From: the human T2T-CHM13v2.0 reference genome, Homo sapiens | Strand: one strand, 5' to 3' | DNA: 64,000 bases | NCBI RefSeq assembly: GCF_009914755.1 | Contig: NC_060936.1 | Position numbers and translations under genes: made by a program | Part shown: piece after piece, positions 42,139 to 58,872 of the stretch | Layout: the number at the start of each line of letters is the position of its first letter | How positions within the stretch are numbered: position 1 is the stretch's first letter | Notes under the pieces: model-generated | The model's database searches: none | What the model saw: only the letters and a program-made list of their open reading frames with translations | Told to the model about the DNA's origin: nothing

Positions 42139-42522
42139 CTTTTTTTCCTTCAACTTCTATTTTACATTCCGGGGTACATGTGCAGGATGTGCTGGATTAT
42201 TACAAGGTAAACATGTGCCATGGTGGTTTGCTGCACAGATCAACCCATCACCTAGGTATTAAGCCCAGCATCCATTAGCTATTCTTCCTAATGCTCTACC
42301 TCCCCTCACCCCAACCCCCAACAGGCCCCAGTGTGTGTTGTTCCCCTCCATGTATCCATTTGTTCTCGTCATTCAACTCTCACTTATGAGTGAGAACATA
42401 AGGTGTTTGGTTTTCTGTTCCTGCATTACTTTGCTGAGGATAACGGCTTCCAGCTTAATGACAGACTGGATAAAGAAAATGTGGTACACATACACCATAG
42501 AATACTATGCAGCCATAAAAAG
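42139..42522 (-). mobile_element. L1PA (about PA8-PA13) 3' end with a 5' inversion
   Basis: Antisense 3' UTR at 42139-42454, then a sense ORF2-end piece at 42455-42522; degenerate purine-rich TSD. Confidence 0.9.
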
Positions 42523-44287
42523 AAAGGGAAGGGTCTTTAACTGCTGCTACTTGCTTGCTAATTCCAGTAATGTGCTGATAGAGTCAAGAACTATCACTAG
42601 GTCCAGAAATAGAGAAAGGCTGATTTAGGCTGAAGTTCTAGAACGTGACTATCTTATTTCTAACCAAAACAAAAAAGAGACATGTACTGCCAAGATGTGT
42701 AGTTCTGATAATGCATCAGAAATCAGGACAAAAAAAACCTAAAGCAGAAAATGACCAATTATACCAAAGGAGAAAACCATCTTCTGCTCAGGTTTCACAA
42801 AGGTTCCTAGAGACAAGTGATTTTTATATAATTATACTCATGGAAGCCAAACCAGAAGATTAATTTAATCCAAGAGAATAAATATTGATTGAGCATCCAC
42901 TCATTGAAAAACCCCACGCTTGACACTTGTAAGACACAAATGTAAATAAGCTAAGAGTTTACCCTCACAGAGTCTGCATTTCAGAGAATACAGACATGTT
43001 CCTTTAAAAATGCAAGATAAAATAAGTACCACAAAAGAGAATCATAAGTGCTCTAGGAACCAAAAGGAAATGAGGTAAAGGCCAGACAGTATATAGTAAG
43101 CAAGGAAAAATAGACATTCATAAGGAATAGTAACAGTAGAAAACTTCAGTTTTCAAACGAGCTAAAAGATTAGAGAAGGATACAGGAAAAAGAACTTGTT
43201 TCCGGGTCAAAAGCAACAAAAATAATGACTGGGAAAATGGAGAAGTAAGGAAACAAAATTCTCAAGGTAAATTCTTTACCCAATTGTCTTGTCTTTTAAA
43301 AAGACAATATTTGGGGAAAAAACAAAAAACATTTCTAGGCTGAAAAATGCTTCAGATGAAATTTTAGTATGCCAAAGATTAAAGGGTGTTCACAATAAAA
43401 TGTTATCAACAACAGTAAAGGCCAAGTTCCCATGATTCTACAGATACTTACTGAGGCAAAATCACAGTGTGGCCAGAAAGAACTTGAGAGTGCATGGGAG
43501 GAACGCTTGGCTAAGTACCAAAAACTGAATCAAAACCAGTGCCCAGAACATCTATCGAAGGCATGTCTTCATGAGAAGTGTTTAATGTTGTCACCACTTA
43601 AATTCTTCTCCAATCTTTTCAAGAAAAAGTATTTTGCTAGACATTTGCCTTTTAGAAATGGGATTTCAGGATTAGTAATGAATGCACTTAACAACTATAT
43701 GTAATATTTTTTAAAAAAGGAGAACTGTAGAAATACATGAAAACCACAGCTTCTCCAAAACTTCATTTGAACCATTGATTCAATATAATTCCTTACCAAA
43801 CTAGTTACAAGTTGCAAATATGCAGAGAAATAGACTAAATTAGACTGCATTCATGCATTCTTCCTACTCCTACCAGACAGGAAAATTAAATATATTGATA
43901 AAACAAAAACAAAATCAAACAAAACTGTGGCCTATCAAAACTGTATATTTGGACATTCTGGGTAATTGGCAAAGGGATAATCTGGCTCTAAGATAAAAAG
44001 GGTGACCGTGCCTCTTAGGAAATTTTATACAATTAGGAAGAGACACCAAAAAATTTATTTTATATTACATAAAAGGATATCTTCTAAACAGATAACAGAA
44101 TAGTGAAAATCTTTCTGAGCCACCACCACCACAACTTGGGTAGAACAGGAGTTGGATCAATGTATTTCTAGAAAGAAAGGCAAGGAGAAAGCCATAATGG
44201 TAGTTTAAAAGTTTGTTAGGTTTAGAAACATTTTTTAAGATGTCCTCTAAAGGGTTCTAAAGTATTTCTACAATAAATAGTACACTA

Positions 44288-44431
44288 GCCTTGGTGGCTT
44301 ATGCCTATAATTCCAACTACTCAGGAGGCCGAGGAGGGAGGATTGCTTGAGGACAGGAGTATGAGACCAGCCTAGGCAGGTAACATAGCAAGACACCTGT
44401 ATTATACATACCTATACAAATAAATAAATAA
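44288..44431 (+). mobile_element. FLAM-type monomer
   Basis: Single Alu monomer. Confidence 0.8.
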
Positions 44432-44508
44432 TTTTTAAATAATAAAATAAGAGGAGCCCCTTTCTCCTCTACTTAGAATTTAATTTTACCCAGTAACATA
44501 CATTATAT

Positions 44509-44732
44509 CAAACTTGTCCAACCTGCAGCCTGTAGGCTGCATGCGGCCCAGGATGACTTTGCATGTGGCCCAACACAAATTCATAAACTTTCTTAAAACA
44601 TTATTAGTTTTTTTGGCAATTTTGGTTTTAGCTCATCAACTATCATTAGTGTTAGCGTATTTTATGTGTGGCCCAAGACAATTCTTCTTCTTCCAATGTG
44701 ACCCAGGGAAGCCAAAAGACTGGACACCCTTG
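44509..44732. mobile_element. MER30 (hAT-Charlie) with a perfect 8-bp TSD
   Basis: MER30 consensus match; TSD CATTATAT at 44501-44508 and 44733-44740. Confidence 0.93.
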
Positions 44733-45344
44733 CATTATATTTAGTTAAAAAAAAATTACCTGTATATAACTAAAAACTGTAAAATATGTCATAACACATT
44801 GCAAGAGAAGAAACTACTACCATCATATGATTGTTGTGCTGGTTCATGAAGCAGTGTTTGGCATCTGCTTGTGAGAACTGGCACTACATGTACTCATAAT
44901 TCAAGAATGTGTGTCATCCCCACTTAAAAGTCAAGAGCTCAGTAATGAACCTTTCCCACTTTGAGACAAAAATACACATCAAAAACCTTCAAACACCCCT
45001 TGACAAAAAAAAACCTAACAGTCATTCATTTACCCATTTGTTCATTCATCAAACCCTTGAACACCTGGGGGCTCTATGCAAAACACTAGGCTAGGCAATG
45101 AGAATACCAAGATATGCAATACACAGTACATGCCCTTATGGAACTCACAGTCTACAGTTTGTAAGACAAAGCATGTTTACTGTCTAAAAATGCCAAAATC
45201 TAATCAGCATACTAAGTTTTTAATTAGAAAAAGTTTAATCATTTCTGATGATACATTTGTATATACATGTGAGTGTGATACATATACACCTACATATTTA
45301 AAAATGTACACACACTTTTTCAGTGCTTCAATTTTAGATAACTT

Positions 45345-45595
45345 AATATGGTTTGATATGGAAAGAGCATGAGTCTAGGAGTCAAGACTTATGTTCTAGT
45401 GAATCTCAGCTGTTTATTAGCTACATGACCTAGGGCAGGTTACTTAACTTTCATTAGCCTGTTTCCCAGTACATGAAATGAAAGTAATAATACCTGTTTT
45501 ACCTACCTTACAGGCTTTTTATGAAGATAAAATGGCAATAGATGTAATAGTGACTATTAAACTGTAGAACTCTACACAAACATGTTATTATAATC
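45345..45595 (+). mobile_element. MIR
   Basis: GGAAAGAGCATG..TCTAGGAGTCA and TGACCTAGGGCAGGTTACTTAAC. Confidence 0.85.
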
Positions 45596-45936
45596 TAAAA
45601 CATGAGAACTCATTATTTTAACTTTCAAAGCTATTAAAATATCTAGAATACTTTCATGTAAGTTTTTAAGTGAAACAATCTCAGCTTAGTAGCAAAGTCT
45701 TACTTCTTTAAGACTGTTGAAGACTTAATGAAAATTAAGTTAATGTTGAAATTAATGTTGAGTTAATATGAATGAGAACTGAATTAAATGTTAAAGAACT
45801 GCTACCTGTCAAAAGTTTCTCAAAGGACCAAATGCATCTTAATCACCTGGGAGCTTGTTAATCACATAGACTGGTAATTCTGAATTTCTAGTGGGTTTAG
45901 AAATCCACATATTTATCAAGCACCCAGGAGATTCTT

Positions 45937-46130
45937 TTTTATTTTTATTCATTCATTTTATAGACAGGGTCTCACTATGTTGCCCAGGCTAGAGTGCAGT
46001 GGCTATCCACAGACACAATCATGCTACTCTACTACCTCCAAGTGCACTGCTGCCTCCCAGACTCAAGCAATGGTCCTGACTCAGCCTCCCAAGTAGCTGA
46101 GGTAAGAGGCATGCGTTGCCATGCCTAGGT
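45937..46130 (-). mobile_element. FAM (fossil Alu monomer) inserted in a MER5A (about 45810-46170)
   Basis: 7SL-like GTGCAGTGGCTATCCACAG; TSD CCAGGAGATTCTT at 45924-45936 and 46131-46143. Confidence 0.8.
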
Positions 46131-46917
46131 CCAGGAGATTCTTAGACACACTAAAATGTAGGAGCCACTGACATATGGTGAAAGACTACCTTTTCCAACT
46201 GACCTTATTAACAAATAAGATGAGAAAATAATGGTAACTTGATTAGAAATAAAAATAATGTGGAATAATTACTGCATTTTCCAGCTCCTCTCAAAATATT
46301 TTTTAATAAGAAAGGGTAACATATTTGGGGTATTCATTTCACTACTGTAAGTAGTGCTTAAGATAATCTGAGTTGTTACTCTTTTTCATAACTAAAAAAC
46401 ACAGCCACAAGCAGTTGAGAAATATACAGTAAGAATTTGGGGACATTAAATATAAAAATCCTCTTTTCCCTTGAGATAATGCTATTTAGCATAAATGCCA
46501 TCTACTTGCAATGTAATACTACCATCCTGTTTCATTATATAGGTAGCAATGTAAAAACACATAATCATAATCAATGCAAATATGCTTTCTACAACTTAAT
46601 AGTAAATGAGACTTCTAACATGTTCCAAAACAGAATTTTATATAAATACTATATCAAGAAAATAATGGAATTTTAAGAGTTCTTTGTCTTGGCAAATTAA
46701 ATATAAAATTAGTGATACCTTCATACTATTTCAGCAGTATCAATAATATTCCAAATAGTATATATTCCTTGCTGAACTAATACAAATTTCAAATGCGCAA
46801 TGTTAAACAAATTCTGTCTATGGAAAGTAAATTTTCCTAAGGCTTTTTTTTTCAAACTAAAAAAATATATAGTAGAATAGCCATTAAAGTGTATAATGGA
46901 GAATTTAAAGCTATTCA

Positions 46918-47244
<327 letters not shown>

Positions 47245-49989
47245 TTAAATTTAATATTAAATGCTATTTTTAAAGTAAGAGATTAACTAGAAAAATAAAT
47301 GCAATTTATTTTTCAAAAATGTATCTTTGCCAAAATAATTGCAACATTAAAAAAAGTATTTGTAAGAAAAATTTTGTTTATGTAAAATTGTTGCCATCTT
47401 ACAGTAAAACTACAGTGCAGGAAATATTTAACTAGTAAAAGTCAAATAAAGCACTGTTAAAAAGCTTCATATAGTTCTTTAAATATCCCTTACATTAACA
47501 TTTAAGAAACAAAAACCTACACACACTTTTCCTTGCAGCTGCTTTTAAAAAGCGTATATAAAGTTCCAAAACAAACCACTAAAAAAAGCCCTACATTATT
47601 GTTGCAAGTTTCTTACCAACAGACATTTCTCTGTTTGAAACAGAAGACTGCCTGTTCACTGAAATGACTAAAAACACGAAGTTGATCATTCTTAACTAGG
47701 CCGTAAGAAAAAAAAATATGCAATAAGAAAAATAATAAAGTCACTCAGTAGTGGACAAAATAGTAACAAGACAGTTACAAACCCATCATTATATGTGTGA
47801 CTAACATTTTATTTTGTGTAGAAGAAAATTTCCCCTTTAGCTTATATGTAAAGCGTGTCTTTGCAGATTTCCTTTCTTCCCACCCTTCATGTTCAAGTCA
47901 AAGAAAGCTTAGAACATTCAAAACACATCTGTAAATTTCAACTAAAATTTGAAGTAACAGAACAGAGCCTGAAAACAAACAAACAAAAAAAATTATTCTA
48001 TTCTCTAACAGCACCCCACTTCCTCCAAAAAAAAAAGCCAAACAAACACAAAATAATACTTTCAAGTTTTAACAAATTTTCAAGCAACATATTTGATACA
48101 TTATGTAAAAGTGAAAACATCTCAAGGTCATTACAGTGTGATTATACCTCCTTTGTGGGTAACTATAACATTGTATTATCTTCAGACAGAAAGGGATGCA
48201 TCAATGTCTCTATCTGCCCAATGCCAAAAGAAGTAGAATCAACAGACAGGAAATTCAAAGGCTCCAAATAAAAGAAAGCACAGTACTGGAACCAGGGAGT
48301 TGGCAAATGATTCTCTATTCTTTTGGCATCTGCACATACTTTAATGTCCAATCAATGCTTACCTCCCACTAAAGCCATCCATGTCACCCAAAATGTTCAC
48401 TCCCTCCTGTGAAGGAACAAAGCCTGTGTTCTAGGTCATTTGGCATTTATCATTTGCTTACTTATGTATCCTTTTCCCTGTGTATCATCTAACTTGGCAG
48501 GTATACTTTAAGCTTTTCAAGGGAAGGACTGTTTTCTTCCTTTCTTGGCTTCACCATGTTAATTCATCTTTTGTTCTTTCTCAAAGATGTCAAGCTTCCT
48601 GCCTCCCTTTTCTCTCCTACTGCCACAATCTCCACTTTACGTGTATGACCACAAACTTAAATGGGCCCTCAGCACTATCAAAAGACTCATTCGTAATCTC
48701 AAATCAACCCACTCTCCAAAATAACTAATTCACTGCTTCTTCTATAATACCTCCAAACTCATGCTCAGCTCATTCCCTTGTTTCTTACTTCAGTGAGCAA
48801 ATACAAGCTATCAGAATAAAACTTCATCTTCCCACTCCAAAATCTACCCATATACTTTGCTTTCAATATTGTTAAAATGAATGCACACTCCCTGCTCCTG
48901 TTAAAGGTCACTCTCTCCACTTGTGGACTGCATTCCATGATTTCCCACTTATTTGAAATTTTGCTCCTAGAATTATTCCTTCCAGCTCCTGCATTGTCGA
49001 TTCTTCCCTTCCCAGTAGATCATTCTCAGCACACAAACATTTTAGAATTGCATTCCTCTCTTTATGCTAGAGATTTCTCATTTTTACAGTGGGGGTCAAA
49101 ACAGTACTACTACATAAAATTACCGTGAAGTTTATTGTAATTACAATCATTACAATGTTTCAAACTTATCCTTGAACTTCATGTCCCTCTCTGGCTACCA
49201 GATTTCTCTAATATCCTTTTTGACAATCTCAAAACAATGGCTTATTCTTGCTGTTTTGAATTCCTCATTCTCTCCTGTACCTCCTTTACTCAGGCCTTTG
49301 TCTCTACTCATCCCTGAAAACCCACTGTCAAAGACATTAACAACTTATCATATAACCAAATCCAATAGTCTATTCTCAATCTTCAATGAGTAATATATCA
49401 AACCCTTACTATGCTGCCAGAAATATTCATTTATTCCCTCCAGTAACTCTGTGAGATAAATACTATAATTATCTCATTTTACAGAAGATAAAACCAAGGC
49501 TTCTAGAGGTTAGGTAACTTGCTCAAGATCATACAGCTTGCTCAATCTCTTAGAAAGTCCTAGAGAAAATCCCATTATCATTTTAACAAATATTCCCCTA
49601 CTCAATTTCTTCACAAGCAACAAGGTGCTATCCTCATGTTCCTATTCACAATGACTCTCAATCTCTCTTAACCCATGCCCATTCCAAAAAACAAACAAAA
49701 ATCTCTCTCAATTGGCCTTTTACATATTATATTTAGCATAAAATCAGTAGCTAAATATATTTAGCATATAAATATATGCTAAATATATTTAGCATAAAAT
49801 AAGTAGCATAAAATCAAGGCATATGAATAGAGAAAAGAAAACGTGACAAATAGTCAAGAGAAAAAAACAGATAATGGAAAAAAAATCTCCAGATGATCAA
49901 GATGCTGTAGTTAGCTAATGAGGATTTTTAAAAAACTTACAAATACATTAAAGAATGGAGAAGAAAAAAATATAAAAAGTTTATTAAAA

Positions 49990-50366
49990 CAGCAGTCCCT
50001 GACCTTTTGGCACCAAGGACTGGTTTCGTGGAAGACAGTTTTTCCAGGGATGGTCGGGGGGTTGGGTGGAGGGGGATGATGGTTTTGGGATAAAACTGTT
50101 CCACCTCAGATCGTCAGGCATTAGATTCTCAAGAAGCACACAACCTAGATCCCTCACATGTGCAGTTCGCAATAAGGTTCATACTCCTATGATAATTTAA
50201 TGCCACCACTGATCTGACAGGAGGCAAAACTCAGGGGGCAATGCTGGCTCAACTGCTGCTCACTTCCTGCTGTGTGCCTGGTTCCTAGCAGGCCACAGAC
50301 TGGTAACAGTTCCTAGCAGGCCACAGACTGTTACCAGTCTGTGGTCCAGGGATTGAGGAACCCCTG
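49990..50366. mobile_element. MER1B (hAT-Charlie)
   Basis: TTTTGGCACCAAGGACTGGTTTCGTGGAAGAC; AACTGTTCCACCTCAGATC; ends ACCCCTG. Confidence 0.92.
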
Positions 50367-50629
50367 ATAAAGAAATACAGAATTTCAAGAGAAAATTTGA
50401 ACCTATAAAAATAGTTAAATGCATATTCTCAAACTAAAAAAATAAAGTATCTGAAATCAGGAACTCATTGAATAGGTTTAATAGCAGCTTGGACAAAGAA
50501 GATGTGTTTGGTTAGCTCAAAAACAGATCAATAGAAAATATCCAATATGAAGCACAGAGAGAAAGAAGAAGAGAACAGAGCATAAGGGAGAAGTGGGATG
50601 CTCTCAACACATAACACATGTATAATTAG

Positions 50630-51002
<373 letters not shown>

Positions 51003-51106
51003 AAAAAGCAGTATTTGAAAGTACAATGGCCAATAATTTTCCAAAACTAACGAAAGACAAGCTTAGAGATGTAAGAATCAATGAACCTTAAGCAAATAAG
51101 AAAGAG

Positions 51107-51408
51107 CCAGGTTTGGTGGTTCACATCTGTAATCCCAGCACCTTAGGAGGCTGAGTTGGGAGGATTGCTTGAGCCCAGGAGTTCAAGACCAGCCTAGGCA
51201 ATATAGTGAGACCTCATCTCTACAAAAATAAATAAATAAATAAAAATTAAAAAAACAAAAAAAAAGAAAAAAATAGCTACTCAGGAGGCTGAAGTGAGAG
51301 GATTGTTTGAGCCTGGGAGGCTGAGGCTGCAGTGAGCCATGACTGCACCACTGAACTCCAGCTTGAGTGATGAAGTGAGACCATGTCTCAGAAAAAAAAA
51401 AAAAAAAA
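51107..51408 (+). mobile_element. AluJ with an expanded A-linker and a deleted right-arm start
   Basis: Left arm, about 50-nt A-rich linker, then resumes at AGCTACTCAGG. Confidence 0.9.
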
Positions 51409-51463
51409 GTAGTATTAAATATTACCAAAGATGGAGAGGAATATTTCATAATGATAACAGAAT

Positions 51464-52230
<767 letters not shown>

Positions 52231-53149
52231 AGGATCAATAAAAGAAGAAAATATGAAACTCAGTTTATCTCCACCTAATAATATCAAATCTAAAAAGCAA
52301 AATTTGACAGAATAAAAGAAGAAACTGGTAAGTCCATTATCATAGTTGCATAATGTTAACTCACTATTCTTAGTAACTAATAAAGCAGACCAAAAAACAA
52401 ATTAGAAGAGATATGAAAGATTTAAGCAATCCTATTAACTATCTTGACCTATTTGACTTTTATAAGACACTACACACAACCACTGTAGAACACACATTCT
52501 TTTCAAGCACACAAGTAACATTTACTGAAACAGACCATATGCTGAGCCATAAAGCAAGTCTTACAAATTCAGAAAACTGAAATTATACCAAGTTTTTTTG
52601 CTGCCCACAGAGGAATTAAACTAGAAATAAACAATAGAAACATCTAAATAATAATAATAAATTTTAAAAAACAACAACAAAAAACCTCTATATACTGGAA
52701 AATAAGAGAGCCCTCTCTCTTTTCCTCCTCCCCTGCAAAATTCTCCCCTGCAAAGTTCTCATACCCTGGAGGAATGGAGGGAGGGAGGGAAAGAGAGAGA
52801 ATGCTACCTGTCCTAAAATGTCACCACCCTCATTCAGATTCATCTTGGTCTTTACCACTGCTAGCCTTCTCTGTAAAGTTTTTCCTTTTGCCTTTCCACC
52901 AATTCCTGCCTCTCTTCAAGGCCTAACTTAAACCTTGCCTTTGCCATAAAGCAGTCCCTAATTGCTTTTTGTCCATAATGATCTCAGCTTCCCCTCAACT
53001 TTTAAACTAGATATTGTCCATGCCTCTTTTAGCTCTCAACCACCTCTTATCCTAAAGTCTTATTTAATATTTTATGTGGGTAAACACTATTCTTTAATAA
53101 GAATGCCAACTGTTTAATGATATAATCTATACCTTATAGCCTTGATATG

Positions 53150-53290
53150 CATAGACCAGAAACAGGAGCATCAGCCAAGGAGTTTGTTAGAAATGGTGGT
53201 CTGAGACCCCACCACAGACCTAATAAATTAAAATCTGCATTTTAACAAGATCCACAGGTGACCGGAATACATATTTAAGTTTGAAATGTC
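53150..53290. mobile_element. MER5A fragment
   Basis: TTGTTAGAAATG and AATCTGCATTTTAACAAGATCC. Confidence 0.8.
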
Positions 53291-53390
53291 ATGCCTTATA
53301 GTGCTTCTCTTTAATCCACCACAATATATTGCACATTGTAAGCAATTTAATAAATACCATTCAAATTGATTTAAAAATATAACACGTATA

Positions 53391-54010
<620 letters not shown>

Positions 54011-54300
54011 ATGCTGCTACGTTTTTAACATCCAAAGAACACGTAATAAATTTAAGGTAAAAAAATGTATATTCTCAATAAGTACAATGATTAATGGTAT
54101 TTTAATAGACACTTGTAAAATCCAAGCACATGGCAACATGATGTTTCTCCTGCCTGTTGCCTAGACATTATGATGCAAAAGATATTTAAATGTTTGACTA
54201 GTCACTAAGAATAATGACCCATGATGAATAACAAACTGAATGGTTGTTTATGCCTACTCTACCATCAAGTGGATGAAAGGACTTGTTGAAAAGTAATTAG

Positions 54301-54602
54301 CGCCCAGGTGTGGTGGCTCATGCCTTTCATCCCAGCACTTCGGAAGGCTAAGGTGGGCAGATCGCTCGAGCTCAGGAGTTCAAGACCAGCCCGGGCAACA
54401 TGGTGAAACCCTGTCTCTACAAAAATACAAAAATTACCCGGGCATGGTGGCATGTGTCTGTAGTCTCAGCTACTCAGAAGACTGAGGGGTGGGAGGATTG
54501 CTTGAACCTAGAAAATGAAGGTTGCAGCGAGCTGAGGTTGCACCACTGCACTCCAGCCTGGGTGACAGAGCCAGACCCTGTCTCAAAAAAACAGAAAAAA
54601 AA
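54301..54602 (+). mobile_element. Alu (J/S)
   Basis: Full dimer. Confidence 0.93.
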
Positions 54603-55510
54603 TTAATTAGCAATATATTATAACTAATGCATCTCCATAATTAGAGCAGTAACTCTTTACAAATACCTACTTTTGAACTACCTGAGTCCCACGTCAAGCC
54701 CTCAAAGATATGATACTTAATTTTGCTTTAAAATGCTGCACTAAAACTACTTCTAGATTTTAATAAATGTTATACAGTTTACCAGAGTACCAAAAAACTC
54801 TCATGCATTTGTGAAATTTTTAAAAATCTCATTTAAAACAAACAAATATGAATTCGGCCTTCAATCATTCTGGAGGACCTATCCCAGTGATTTTGAAATT
54901 TGAATTTGAAAGCACCTGTTTTAGTGTATTTCTTTTTTGTTTTGAAACCATTAATATAGCAAATCTTTTAGGAATGCCTCCTCTATTTTTTCAGGTCAAA
55001 CATCCACTTAATTTTAATTACCTAACTGAACTTCTTCTTTATAAAAAAAAGAATACAGCACTTGAGAAGGTGCCATTAAGAATAACTAAAATTTTGTTAT
55101 CTTGACCCCGTAGTATCTAAAAATCTTTGTTTCCAGTTTAAACAGATAAATTAGTAGCTTATATTGCATGCCTAGGTTCCTACACCCATTTTGGAAACAA
55201 TTGGTCAATTCTTCCCTCCTGCCCCTACCTATTGAACGCTATCCCACTTAAACAAAACATCAACACCTAATCCTTTGCGTTCCTTGACCAGGTGAAATAC
55301 TTAAAAGAGGTTCCTTGGGGACAACAAGAAAGTGTGTCAGATAGATGCCTACTGTCATACCTCACTTCTTTATTCTAAAAGAACAAAATTAATTCTGACA
55401 GATAATAATTTTGAAGTTCTACAAGGAATCACTAATTCAAATTACTTCAAAACTGTGAAATAGGAACTAAAAAATGATACACATATCATAGAATACAAAA
55501 ATGTACTCAG

Positions 55511-55663
55511 GGCCAGGCACAGTGACTAATGCCTGTAACCCAGCTGAGGAAGATCGCTTGAACCCAGCAGTTGGAGGCTGCAGTACACTATGATTGTGCC
55601 ACTGTACTCCGGCCAGGGTGACAGAACAAGAACTTATCTCTAAAAATAAAAATAAAATAAAAA
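55511..55663 (+). mobile_element. Alu monomer-length remnant
   Basis: Internally deleted or monomeric Alu with a (TAAAA)n tail. Confidence 0.8.
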
Positions 55664-57050
55664 TGTATTCAGGTAGCCTCCTCTTTTTTTGCCATAATAA
55701 GATGACCATCAAATGTAACATATGGAATTAAAGCTATTTTAAGTGTAAATAGTTATCTCATAAAGTTGTTTTCCCATAAAAAAAAAATGTAATATTTGAG
55801 GCCTACAGTCCTGACAGATAAGATCAACAAAATACCATTTTAAAAAATTTACTTGTTGAAGCTAGTGAAAGTTTTGCACCAACACCCACAAAATGAACAT
55901 AAACATATGTTTCAGTTTCACAAAGGGTTCAGATGTACTCTAGTTTAAAAGCTTGGAAATCTCACTTGATTCTTTCTTTTCCTTTATATATTAGCAGAAA
56001 TATTCAAAATCATTCTATATACTTGAGAGATGTTTCACTCAAGGAATTAGGCATAATTATTCTTGCTGTTATCAGGAATGGTCATATAAAGATTATGTTT
56101 TACCCAATTGTCCTTTTTACTCTCTCCTCCCTCACAATTTATTCAATGACAAAAGGGCAGCTGTGCAGAAAGCAGACCAAAAGTGCTCACTATGAAACCA
56201 TTAATGGTTATTACATTACTGTCTCTAATACTTTATTATCAAAAGATCTAGCTGATATTTGGCTGACAACCATGTACTACAAACATAGTGTGAAAATCAT
56301 CTTTAAGAAAGAATTTAAAGCTCTAAATGGCTCTTAAAGAATTCTACACAGTCTTGGTAAGCATCTCATCCAGTTAAACGTAAGACCTAAAGATCAAATA
56401 GATACACTAGCTGTTGACAATTAGGGAGTCCCAGAAGCACCATAACTCTGGGAAGAAATCCATGCATGCAGGCTGGTAAAAACAGGTAGGTCTAGCAGTA
56501 GGCAGAGAACATTAGGAAAATGAGGTTAAGCAGCAGGCAGTGAAGTCTAAGCAGATATGCAGTCGGCCTCAGGAAAATAATGTCAGCAGGTATAAGAGAC
56601 CCAATCACAAAGATTTACTTTGATTTATAACAAAAATTTAGAGAGTCAATCAACAAATGTTTATTGAAGGACTCACGAATTAGTCACTGTTCTGAATACT
56701 GGGGATCTAGATATTAATAACATGATGAAGATTACTTACTATATACAAGGTTCTGTGCTAAACATTCTGTGATTACAAGTGTTTTGTTTTTTGGATTTTT
56801 TTTTTTTTTAATGGAATGGGTTTATCAGAGAGAAAAAAAAAAGCAAAGCAAAATCAGCCTAGGACTGGGAAAACACCATCAAAACACTGCAAGTAACTGT
56901 TAGAGGTCACTGTGGACAAGCCTAATGAAGTTAGTCTAAACGCACCTGAGAAACATTGAAAATCTTTCTTAGGAAGGCTGTTCAACAGAACTGAGTTCCT
57001 GGCCTTTCCTTAAGTCAGTTTTTTTTGTTTTGTTTTGTTCCTATAGTTAA

Positions 57051-57423
<373 letters not shown>

Positions 57424-58164
57424 GAGAATGCTTCTTTAAAACATAAATGATTTTAGCTCCCTTATGTCTGAGAAGCTTTCCATGACCTCATCTTCCACTT
57501 CTGTAATCTGGCAGGTCATTAGAAAAGACACTTTATTAGTGTCCCTCTCAATCTGCAGGAGATATTTCAAGCTTCACATATCAGCTTCACATTTTGTTAC
57601 CTTTGACTTGACTTTAACTCCTCCCACCTTTGCCTCTCCCCACCTACTCTCTATTCCAACAATGTTGGCCTGCTTTCTATTTCTGAAACATGCTGGGGAA
57701 TTTCCCACTCCAGGGCTATTGTATTTGGATTCCCTCTGCTTAGACAGCTCTTCCTCTAAATATAGGCATCACATCCTTTGACCACTTCTTTCAAGTACAA
57801 GTGTTATTTGGTTGTTGATATCAGTTCAAGGAAAGCTTAATGATGAACTAACCAGTAAACGAAGCTGGTAACTAAGGTGCAGGGAGCAACAAGCCAGGGT
57901 ACAAATTATTGGAATAGTGATATAAGGCATGGCCAAAATTCAGTTCCTGGAATCAAGCTATTGAAGAGCCAATAATAAAGTTTTAATTCATTCAGAAAGA
58001 AAAAAAAAGTTTATACCTACACCAAGTACTAGAGATGAAAAAAATCAAAAAGGCAACACCTGGCCCTAGTCACTGCCCTTTTAATTAATATTCTCTGATA
58101 CTCTCAAAGTCTCTGGTTTGTCATCTTTAAAACAGGAATAACAATAAGCTGATTAAAATGCTCA

Positions 58165-58872
<708 letters not shown>

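Noticed and set aside
47855-48271. 138-aa K-rich ORF (also the 134-aa ORF at 55933 and the 123-aa ORF at 20390)
   Set aside because: Low-complexity A-rich sequence, two of the three start at GTG, and no homology is recognisable; consistent with chance ORFs.
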